This document shows positions 53,204-64,000 of a stretch of DNA of 64,000 nucleotides, piece by piece. The notes under the pieces are model-generated. The model was not told the origin of the DNA. It worked only from the letters and a program-made list of their open reading frames with translations, and did no database searches. How positions within the stretch are numbered: position 1 is the stretch's first letter; each line of letters opens with the position of its first letter. The stretch lies in assembly GCA_951406725.2 (NCBI GenBank), contig OX597814.1, forward strand, positions 14,942,001 to 15,006,000, written 5' to 3'. Made by a program: the position numbers and the translations under genes. Origin of the DNA: Octopus vulgaris (Eukaryota).

Positions 53204-53469
53204 ATATGTGTTACAGGTTTGTGTTTGTATTTGTATATTTAATTATATCTTAGCCCCTCTTTCTAGTGAGAGAAAACGTACAGTTACTAACATGAACTCC
53301 AATATCATCACGTTTTATTAGCTTCGCCGCTGGTACATTATAATCCCCAGCACAACGTTTTGGTTTCCCCAATAATAAGCTGTAGTTATAATTACAATAT
53401 CATACCAGCAGCACTTTGACATTTCGATGTGAACCACAACAGCAACACTACTATCATTAACACAATATT

Positions 53470-53470
53470 G

Positions 53471-53537
<67 letters not shown>

Positions 53538-53997
53538 TAAAATCAGCAACACCATCATTATTAATCATCAACACCCCTCCTCCTCCCCCTCCTCCTCCTC
53601 CTCCTCCTCATCATCATCATCCTCTTCCTCCTCCTCCTACTCCTCCTCCTCATCATCATCATCATCATCCTCTTCCTCCTCCTCCCCATCCTCCTCCTCC
53701 TCCTCCTCCTCATCATCATCCTCTTCCTCCTCCTCCCCCTCCTCCTCCTCCTCCTCATCATCATCATCATCCTCTTCCTCCTCCTCCCCCTCCTCCTCCT
53801 CCTCATCATCATCATCATCATCCTCATCCTCCTCCTCCTCCTCCTCCTCCTCCTCCTCCTCATCATCATCATCCTCTTCCTCCTCCTCCTCCTCCTCCTC
53901 CTCCTCCTCCTCCTCATCATCATCATCCTCCTCCTCCTCCTCCTCCTCCTCCTCCTCATCATCATCATCATCATCACGATCATCATCATCAACAACA
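53470..53997. repeat. Compound (CAT)n/(CAG)n/(CCT)n triplet repeat with higher-order units
   Basis: Direct reading; repeated catcatcatcctcttcctcctcctccccctcct units. Confidence 0.95.
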
Positions 53998-54303
53998 TTT
54001 TTTTCCGATCACGTTGCAAAAAAAAAACAACATTGCCAGATGCCTCACCATCGTCATTATCGCTGCCACCTGCTGACAGCTTCATCTGCAACTGTCGTAA
54101 TCCGTGTCATAATCAGCACCACCATCACTATCAGCATCACCATCTCCATTGCTACCAACTCTATCACCACCGCCACCGTTATCATCATTATCGTCGCTTG
54201 CATTACCTTCACCAATATTTGTCACAATTTTGCAAGCCAACACCAACACCACCACCCTCGTCAACGCTATCTTACTCGTTTCACTCCGTGTATTTCTCTG
54301 TCT

Positions 54304-54700
54304 GGAGGCACAATGGCCCAGTGGTTAGGGCAGCGGACTCGCGGTCATAGGATCGCGGTTTCGATTCCCAGACCGGGCGTTGTGAGTGTTTATTGAGCGA
54401 AAACACCTAAAAAGCTCCACGAGGCTCCGGCAGGGGATGGTGGTGATCCCTGCTGTACTCTTTCACCCAACTTCCTCTCACTCTCACTCTTACTTCCTGT
54501 TTCTCTTGTACCTGTATTTCAAAGGGCCGGCCTTGTCACTCTCTGTGTCACGCTGAATATCCCCGAGAACTATGTTAAGGGTACACGTGTCTGTGGAGTG
54601 CTCAGCCACTTACACGTTAATTTCACGAGCAGGCTGCTCCGTTGATTCGGATCAACCGGAACCCTCATCGTCGTAACCGACGGAGTGCTTCCATCCATCC
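54304..54700 (+). mobile_element. SINE family B, full length, 12-bp TSD
   Basis: TSD atttctctgtct at 54292-54303 and 54701-54712; (CCAT)n tail. Confidence 0.92.
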
Positions 54701-54899
54701 ATTTCTCTGTCTATCTTTTCGAACAATCTCTCTGCAGTTGTTACAGAACAATGCCATTTTACTTACCCGTCTCAAAAGGGTCTACGATTTAACACAATGT
54801 TTATTTGCAGATATAACAATTTTAAAAGATACCAGTTAAAACTTCAGCATCTGCATGCCCAAGGTATAATCTCTTTATACACATATAAATATATATATA

Positions 54900-55066
54900 G
54901 GTGCAGGAGTGGCTGTGTGGTAAGTAGCTTGCTAACGAACCACATGGTTCTGGGTTCAGTCTCACTGCGTGGCATCTTGGGCAAGTGTCTTCTGCTATAG
55001 CCGAGGGCCGACCAATGCCTTGTGAGTGGATTTGGTAGACGGAAACTGAAAGAAGCCCGTCGTATG

Positions 55067-55120
<54 letters not shown>

Positions 55121-55347
55121 CGTGTGTGTGTGTGTTTGTGTGTCTGTGTTTGTCCCCTCCACCATTGCTTGACAACCGATGGTAGTGTGTTTACGTCCCG
55201 TAACTTAGCGGTTCAGCAAAAGAGACTGATAGAATAAGTACTGGGCTTACAAAGAATAAGTCCTGGGGTCAATTTACTCGACTAGAAGGCGGTGCTCCAG
55301 CATGGCCGCAGTCAAATGACTGAAACAAGTAAAAGAGTAAAAGAGTA
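54900..55347 (+). mobile_element. SINE family A
   Basis: Homology to 41764-42165. Confidence 0.9.
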
Positions 55348-56054
55348 TACACATAGACATAGACAGACAGACAGACACACAAACACACAAAAACACAGAA
55401 TATACACACTCACGTGACAAAGACAGACATTAAGATAGACAGAAGTGGGTCTATCTTATTATCTGTCTTTCTCACTCTATATATTCACGTGGACCATTTA
55501 CACTTAATCCATTACTTCAACATGAACGCATCATTCAAAATACTGCCAAAACACTGCCTAGATTTACTTGGGATTATACCCGAGGGCCTATAACTTTATG
55601 GAAGTACGGGTCAACCTCCAGCCCTCTGGAAAGAGATGCACTGTGAACTTTATTCTCCTGTCAGTATTCCATCTAATTTTACTCTTTATTCTTCTATTTT
55701 ATTTTTTATAAACTACGAATTTCCCTGTCTGGAACTGTCATACATACTTACCTTGTCCGGATATGCCAGCCTATCACATACTTACCCAGTGTCCGGATAT
55801 GCCAGCCTATCACATGCGATACCTAGAAACAGCTGTAAGACTTCAAATTCACCTTAACCTAAATTATCATAAATGACTTGAGATACTCGTCCTGCCTCGC
55901 TTTTTGTTGTCCTTTTCCTGTAATATATACCAGCTAACACAGAAGCCTTAAACGGATCCCTAGCTCCAGCTTCGGCTGTGAAATTGGAACCTACAGGATG
56001 ACCAATTATAGCACTTAGCATACCTATTCTTTTAGATCACAAGTAGATTGAAGC

Positions 56055-56091
<37 letters not shown>

Positions 56092-56131
56092 CTCTTATTT
56101 CTAGCAATGTAGGTGTTTCTAACAACCTAAT

Positions 56132-56204
<73 letters not shown>

Positions 56205-57360
56205 CTAGGTTGCTAGAAACACTTTTGCTGGAAATAAGAGCTAAAACGCTCTAAAATTGTAGTCAAAGCACATAATTATATGCATATATACTGACATGGG
56301 CTATCGTCGTACGAAAACATCGATTTAGTATTCCTTATACAGACCGGTCAGTTTTGGTAATTTTCGCTGCCTCATCAGTAAGGACTTATTCGAATTTGAC
56401 AGATTCTGGATTGAATTCTCTGTCAGTATATATGTTTTCACCATAAAAATCTATGGATGATTTCGCAAATTGCTATTGTGTACACAGAAAATTAATGTCG
56501 ACAGCAGTATACAATGTTTTACCAAAAAGGAAAACTATAAATATCCCTAAATATGACTAGGGCTTTAGAAACACCTACGTTGCTCGATAGTCCCTGTCAC
56601 TATATATGTGTAAAATAATGTGTTTTGGCTACAGCATCAGAGCATTTTAGTGCTTAATTCTAGTAATGTAGGAGTTTCTAACACCCTAGTCATACCTAGT
56701 AATAATTATATATTTCTTTACTACCCACAAGGGGCTAAACATAGATGGGGACAAACAAGGACAGACAAAGGGATTAAGTCGATTACATCGACAACAGTGC
56801 GAAACTGATACTTAATTTATCGACCCCGAAAGGATGAAAGGCAAAGTCGACCTCGGCGGAATTTGAACTCGGAACGTAACGGCAGATGAAATACGGCTAC
56901 GCATTTCGCCCGGCGTGCTAACGTTTCTGCCAGCTCGCCGCCCTAGTAATAATTATAGTTTTTCTTTTCGGTAAAGCATTGCAACCTGGTGTCAAAATTA
57001 ATTTTCTGTATCCACATTAACGATTTGCTAAACCATCAGTAAGGTTTTATGGTGAAAACATATATACTGGTAGGGAATTCACTCTGGAATCTGCCGAAGT
57101 CGAGCTAGTCCTCATTGATGAGGCAACGGAAATTGCTGAAACTGACCGGTCAGCTTAAGGAATTCCCGATCGGTGTTTTCGAGCGATTATAGTCTTTGTC
57201 AGTATATATGTACGCATTTATGTGCTTTCACTACAGCATTAAAACATTTTAGCTCTAATTTTTAGCAACGCAAGTGTTTCTAACCCCCTAGTCATAGTTA
57301 GTGAAAATTATAATTTTACTTTTTGGTAAAACATTGCAAACTGCTGTTTATATTAATTAT
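56205..57360. mobile_element. Retrozyme-like ~350-nt tandem repeat with hammerhead, in two inverted arrays (56205-56590 minus; 56600-57360 plus)
   Basis: Monomer boundary motif gtttctaac...ctag recurs ~350 nt apart in each array after removing the SINE; hammerheads at 56333-56383 (-) and 57110-57160 (+). Confidence 0.6.
56711..56941 (-). mobile_element. SINE family C with 16-bp TSD
   Basis: TSD cctagtaataattata at 56695-56710 and 56942-56957. Confidence 0.92.
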
Positions 57361-57953
57361 ATATCTTATATTACTTTTTATCATCTTAATTTATTGACTA
57401 CAGCAAATCCATATATGTATATCTATCTATCTGTCTGTCTGTCTGTCGTTCTATATATCTGTCTGTCTGTATATCTATCTATCAATCTATCTTTATATAT
57501 ACATACATATATAAATAAATAAATATATATATATAATATTAAATTAAAGATAAAACCACTATTAGGCAAATCAAACAGTGAAAAACATAAGCCAATACAT
57601 AAAATTAATTAAAAATATAAAAGTTAAAAATACAAAATTAATTAAATAATTCAAACTTATAAATTTTATATATATATACAAATATATATATATATGTATG
57701 CATATTTTTATATTTATATATTATTTTATTTATTAATTAATTAATTAATTTTTTTTTTATATATATCAAAAGTGTTAAAAGTTTAATAAAAGATAAAGAG
57801 TAAAACACGAAGTTTCATTTGGGAAATAAAACATGTATAAGAATAGTAACAATATATTTTAAGGTAAAGTTTGTCACAAATAGTGAAACGGTAACCTTTT
57901 GTAAGAGAAAGGAAGTGCAGTGCATAAAACATATGAAGGAAACATCTGCACAA

Positions 57954-58006
<53 letters not shown>

Positions 58007-58745
58007 TGAAATTTACATAAAAACAAAAGAGAAAGACAGGTGCATAAACAACAAACAGGTGTATTATTTTGACTCTCGGGAAGGTTAGAAAGTCTAGCCA
58101 AATTAGCGGCCCCACTTCTTTGAACATAACATTCTGTTGACTAAAGAAACCAGATATATAAATTTGTTGCCCTCTTTGGTCAACACACCTCATTCATATC
58201 CCACACTACATCACTGATTATTGAAACTTTCTAGAACTCTTTCATTTAGTACTATATCTTGGCATTTCATTTTCATAATTCTTTCCAGACAAGCCCCTAT
58301 TCCCTAATCTGCACTTAACCCTGAAAATCACAAAGCATTCCCCAGACAACTTTTGTAATACGTATGTCAATGGCAACATAACGGCTTTAAAGCTCTTGGT
58401 ACTGCTGCAGTGGACTGACAAGTAAAATACTTCTTAATCAGTATTTTACACATATTTATTATTCGTTCTGACTCATAGTCCACTCCCTACTTTCACGACT
58501 TTTCCTCAACTAAGATGAGATAGAAGCTTTTGCAAATAAGTTGTTCTAGGGCAATAACCAGTATCAGCTTGAGATAAAAAAAGAACTGGAAGTAAAGCGA
58601 CCTCAGACGATGCTATACGATAGCTTCACCCTTGAAGGCGAGACTGCTTTTGTTGTAAATTGAATAAAGCAAATAAGTTGACAAAATATCACAATACATT
58701 TGTCTCAACACTTTAAAACAAGAAAAACATACGTACATACATGCA

Positions 58746-58828
<83 letters not shown>

Positions 58829-59136
58829 CTGTCTGTATGTATGTATGTATGTATCTTTGTATGTATGTATAAATATTACTGTAATATCAGCACCTAGCAA
58901 TGTTTAGGCACAAGGAAACTTGGGATTAGTTAGAATGTGTTTGTGACATATTTCAACTGTTAAAAGGCAAATATATTGCAGTTACAGTGGGAAAATCGTC
59001 TCTTATGGTAGAAAAAACAGCACATTTGCTCAGAGTTGCAACTCTGGGCAGATATGATGTGTTTACACCTTTATATCATAAGAGAACTTTGCTCCACAGT
59101 AGCTGAAGTAAATTTGCCTTTTAGCAAATTCCACTC

Positions 59137-59215
<79 letters not shown>

Positions 59216-59217
<2 letters not shown>

Positions 59218-59575
59218 TAGTTAGTTAGTTAATTTTTGGGCTCAAAAAGCAAAAAGCAAGGCCATGTAGGGGGACATGGAGTTATGTACTGGGTGGTGTT
59301 CATGTAAAGAGTTCAGGCCACTTGAGATCAAGGGAGACTTTGAACAAAGCGGTCGTCGGCATCTTCACCATCTCGTCTGGCAGTTTGTTCCACGGATCCG
59401 CAACCCGGACGGAGAAAGCCCCTCTCCTTCGATTGAGATGAAATCGTCGCAGATAGAGCTTTTCGGAATGAACCCGCAGCCGACGCTCTGGAGCAGGAGT
59501 GAAGAACAGCTCTTTCGAGAGGTTACACTTTCCGCTTATGATGTTGTGAGCGAGAATGAGATCACCACGGCGGCG

Positions 59576-59578
<3 letters not shown>
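59216..59578 (-). mobile_element. CR1-clade LINE 3' fragment, second copy
   Basis: Near-identical to 49513-49871 including the (TAAC)n tail. Confidence 0.92.
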
Positions 59579-59672
<94 letters not shown>

Positions 59673-60099
59673 CAAGTGATTGGAAAAATAAAAGTAAAGG
59701 TCATTCAACATATTTATTAGGATTTAAAGGTTTCATTCTAAACAGTTTCATACGGATTCCGAGTTACTCCAAGCTTTGCAGACCGATACGGAGCCTGTCT
59801 CCTCAGACCAGTAGATTAGCTGAAAAATTTCAGATCTGCCTATACCACCGGCCTGAGGAGATAAGCTTGTTTAGGGACCTGAGAAACGTGAAGTTGCACG
59901 GAATACGAATATACGAATCAAATTAAATTATATATATATATATAATAAATAGATAAAACGAACGGTTTACGGCTGGTAGCTTCCGCTTTCATTTGCCATA
60001 TATCTGCACGGCTGGACAACATAATGGAAGCATCATAGCATCATAATTTCGTAATAGCTATAAAACCGTCAAAATCTTGATTATTTTTATGTTTTTATT

Positions 60100-61145
60100 T
60101 ATTTATTATTAGTGTTGCTTAATATATTTGCTAAAATTTCTGTTTCTTTTCAGACACCATCAGAAAAATGTAATTAAAATTCATTAAAATGACAGATCTA
60201 TCGGATTTTCAAAGAGGTCAAATTGATGGTGCTCCTCTGGCAGGCGCTAGCGTAACGAAAACAGCCAAAGTACTTGGTGTATCAAGAAGTGTTGTCTCGA
60301 AAGTAATGACAGCTTTTGAGAAAGACTAAAAAACTTCCTCGTCGAAACAAAATTAGGAAGGAAATCAAAACATTGAGATAGGGGCCGTCGGACTCTTACA
60401 CGAATTGTTAGAAACGATCACAGAAGTACAGCCCCCAAAATTACTGCAGAGCTTAATGACCACCTCGAGAACCCGGTTTCTACAAAACAATGTTCGCCGG
60501 GAGCTTCACAAACCGTTTAGAGTGGAGTAAAAACCTACAGAATTGGTCCCTAGAGCAGTGGAAGAATGTTAGTTTCTCGGATGAGACATCCTTTACTTTA
60601 TTTCCAACCACCGGCCGAGTATATGTGTGGAGACAGCCAAAAGAAGTAATTGATTCAGACTGCTTTCTTGCAACTGTTAAACATGGAGGAGGATCTGTGA
60701 TGATCGGGGAAGAGGGGGGGCTATATCTTGGAAATACGCCGGCCCAATGGTTTCCCTTCATGGTAAAATTAATAGTCAAGTCTATTGAAGCATTTTATCT
60801 GATCAAATTCATCCTGTGGTTGCGGTGTTTCCGGAGGGAAACGCAATCTTTCGGGTTACCAATTCACACTGCTAACGTTCTTACTGAATGTCACGAGGAC
60901 CATTCTAGTGCAGTTGAACATCTTATCTGGGCGCCACAGTCCGAGATCTCATTATTATCATTGCATTTATGGTGCATTTTAGAAGAAAAAGTAAGGAGTC
61001 GATACCATCACTACAAGAACTGGAGACTATTTTAGCTGAAGAATGGACGAAAATTCCTTTGGAAATACATCAAATTATGTACGAGTCCATACCTCGTAGA
61101 ATTGAAGCTGTAATTACTGCCAAAGTGGTACTATCCCATATTAAT
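60100..61145 (+). mobile_element. Decayed Tc1 (DD34E) transposon
   Basis: MTDLSDFQRGQI...SVTKTAKVLGVSRSVVSKV; QWKNVSFSDETSF...TVKHGGGSVMI; WAPQS; ESIPRRIEAVITAK. Confidence 0.9.
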
Positions 61146-61957
61146 ATATGTATATATATATATATATATATTCGAAGCCAAGAAGCCTATAGACAATAAC
61201 CTATTGGCAAATAACGACATTCTGCATAATCGAACCAGGCGTAACCGAGTATATTGTACGAGTTTGTTTCTGAAAAGTCACCCGACCAGCCACATCTGCA
61301 CCCAAGGATGCATCATAATCAGTTGTATACTATCTCACTTGCGAAGGATCGATGCAAGATGAGTTAAAACGATCGTTGTAATTAATAGAGAATCTCGTGA
61401 ATTCTTGAATTCTATTTTATGCTTCAACGACTACGCAGGAATTCTTGAGGTAGATCCAGTGGGATTTACACTGTGAATGATTTTTGATAGTGATAGACAG
61501 TGAACGTGCTTTAATCGGCATACAGCCATGTGTATACGCACGCTTTAATCAACTTCCTATATATATCAGATAATCCATCGCTTGGTGGTGCACATCATGT
61601 AAGCAGTCAACAAAGGGTCATTTAAAAACTCGAATTAAAGTTTGAAAAGTTTAATGTACTGTGTATAATAATGTATTCTGATATGTCCCGAAACAAAGGT
61701 AGGTACTACGCTGAAGGTCAGAGACATATATATGATATAAACTTTCGTTATATTGTATGTTCTCTATTGTCAGTTAAAACTTTGAGGGAAAACATTATCT
61801 TATATCTGTTATCATCACTTATTTCGTGATGTAATACGTATTTCGTTGGATAGGATGTCATGTATGCTACATTGTGTACAATTATACAATGCCAATCCCA
61901 TTATTCAATGAAAATTTTTGCGAAATTTACGGATGTTTTGTAAAAACGCACACACAC

Positions 61958-61997
<40 letters not shown>

Positions 61998-62091
61998 GTA
62001 TATATTAAATATATATATATATACATATATATATATCATATATATATTATATATATAATATATATATATATATTATATTATATTATATGTA

Positions 62092-62133
<42 letters not shown>

Positions 62134-62166
62134 GTATATATATATATATATATCATATATATATAT

Positions 62167-62229
<63 letters not shown>

Positions 62230-62639
62230 AGGAGAGAGAAAAAGATATATATATATATATATATTTAGAGAGAGAGAGAGAGACACACACACACACGCGC
62301 ACACACGTGATTGGAAAAATATAAGGTCACTCAACACATTTATTAGAAGTTACATGTTTTATTCAAAACAGTTTGGTTGGAGATTCCGTGTTAAAACTGA
62401 TGTTTTACAAATCAAAAGTACACAAGAGACAGGATCGTAATATTTACGTGACTGTTTATGAATAATTAATTTCTTTCGACACCTACTGCACCCATACCGG
62501 GTTGACAGGCTAGTAAACAATAGGTAAAAAATATAACCTTTTATTGTAATACCTGTCCCAATGTACATAATAGCAAATATATGGGTCACGAAAATTTTTC
62601 CACTTACCGATAAGTTTCCTCCGGATTTAAAACCTCAAC

Positions 62640-62760
62640 GGAAGAATGCATTTCCGTCATTTTGCTAGTTCCGCCTCGATATCTATAAATTTCATAATTT
62701 ACGTTAAATATGTCTCATGGGGAAATTCCGTTATGTCTATATACAATATATAAATAAGCA
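62640..62760 (+). promoter_or_regulatory. IL-17 gene D promoter: ATGCATTTCCG motif, NF-kB site GGGAAATTCC (62720-62729), TATA box (~62747-62756)
   Basis: Exact match to the GGGRNWYYCC consensus ~20 bp upstream of tatataaata; same layout as the other IL-17 promoters. Confidence 0.7.
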
Positions 62761-62890
62761 AACTTAGGATAATTGATATCAAAAAGAAAGCAAATCAGAT
62801 CGAGAACTGAGTACAGTCAAGACCCCCTTGAAAAAGTTATATCATATTGCTAAAGTCTTCGTCTTTGTTCCCATTTCAACAAGCCTTACA

Positions 62891-62905
62891 ATGAACATGA
62901 CAAAA
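62891..62905 (+). CDS. Putative IL-17-like gene D, coding exon 1 (MNMTK); exon 2 expected beyond the window
   Basis: ttacaATGAACATGACAAAA|GTAAGT; same length, context and promoter motifs as the other exon-1 copies. Confidence 0.65.
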
Positions 62906-63022
62906 GTAAGTTATAGCATCTTAACGGCATTATATATCATATATTTCAGGTTTACACAGTAAATATTCGTAAGTCAATACTATCTGATGCATTTATCTTT
63001 CTATTAATGTTTCCTTATATAA

Positions 63023-63058
<36 letters not shown>

Positions 63059-64000
63059 AAGTATTTATGTATGTATATATTACATATATGCATATATGCA
63101 TACATACATACAAAGATACCTCCATCGTTGAGTGCATTTGTGAACTAATATAGTCGGTGAGGGATAAGGGAAGAGAGGCGTGTTAAAATATATACAATGC
63201 TTCAACTATGGTGTAGACAATGAAACCCAAACGCATTTCTAGCTGACAAATACTCATACCCGCAAACGAAAAGTAGGGAAAACAGATTTCCCTCCCCATT
63301 TCATTTGCATCAACATAATTCTTGTTTCTTTGCCGAACAGATGGATAAAATTAAACTGTTTAAAACAATCTAACGTTTTTTTTTCTGTTTAATCCTCATC
63401 GCCCCCATTCAGAAATATTGAGGTTGGTCAAGAGAGTGAATATTTTTGCGCCTTTACCCTCAAGCAGTGTGGATAAGCTTTGTTGAGTGTATCTTTTTCT
63501 CATTATATTGAACGATTTATCGTTTGAAATACTGTATTTTATTGTAGGAACAATTTAATTCTTTAAAGACTCTTGATTAGGAAACGAATTTTTTTAGTTC
63601 TTTGTTTTACGATTATTATATAGTAGGGGTTGGGACTATGGAAATTTCACTTTACATAACTGCTATTAAGTCTATTTAGATGAAAGCATCATGAAGTTCA
63701 TGTCCTTTTTCAGTACGCTGAATCTTTAGTTTGGGCCTTCGCTTTCATTCCATAGCGAAGTTTGTTTAAAGCATAACTCTCTTCCTTCTTTCATTCAACA
63801 ATGAATTTAAAGCTGCACATGAAGAGTTAAATTTACAAAATAGAAGAAAGAAATGCTGTGCTTGCGTTTTCTCTTTTTTTTTTGTGTACTGTTAATTGAC
63901 TGAAGAGATGTAGATTCTAATTAACAATATTTGTAAAACATATACCGTCAGAATGAAAATAGTTAGTTATTGACATTTTCAACGGAACAACCCGAAACAG

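Noticed and set aside
53429-54091. Pro/His-rich 215-aa and Arg/Met-rich 176-aa ORFs
   Set aside because: Translations of a triplet microsatellite, with no splice or promoter support.

Overview
AT-rich, microsatellite-dense eukaryotic (animal) DNA. The SINE families and the gene content point to an octopus (cephalopod) genome, which is an inference. The window is part of an interleukin-17 (IL-17)-like gene cluster caught in birth-and-death evolution. Each gene has a shared promoter module, a 15-nt coding micro-exon (M-K/N-x-x-x|GTAAGT) and one large exon with the signal peptide and cystine knot. There are two intact genes: 7389-10049 (+) and 19464-32671 (-), the latter with a duplicated promoter/first exon at 36055-36069. 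There is also one pseudogene (start codon lost, premature stop, truncated by a Penelope element), one orphan promoter/exon 1 with a dead splice donor, and the start of a further gene at 62891 with a perfect NF-kB site. The first 6.8 kb is a giant fold-back inverted repeat that predicts a mirror-image IL-17 just left of the window. The rest is decayed mariner/Tc1/maT transposons, RTE, CR1 and Penelope retroelements, Helitron-like elements and tRNA-derived SINEs. The window also holds about ten minimal type-I hammerhead ribozyme motifs, including a fold-back element with two divergent hammerheads and a ~350-nt retrozyme-like repeat. Most ORFs in the supplied track are microsatellite or antisense artefacts. 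All alignments and counts were done by eye.
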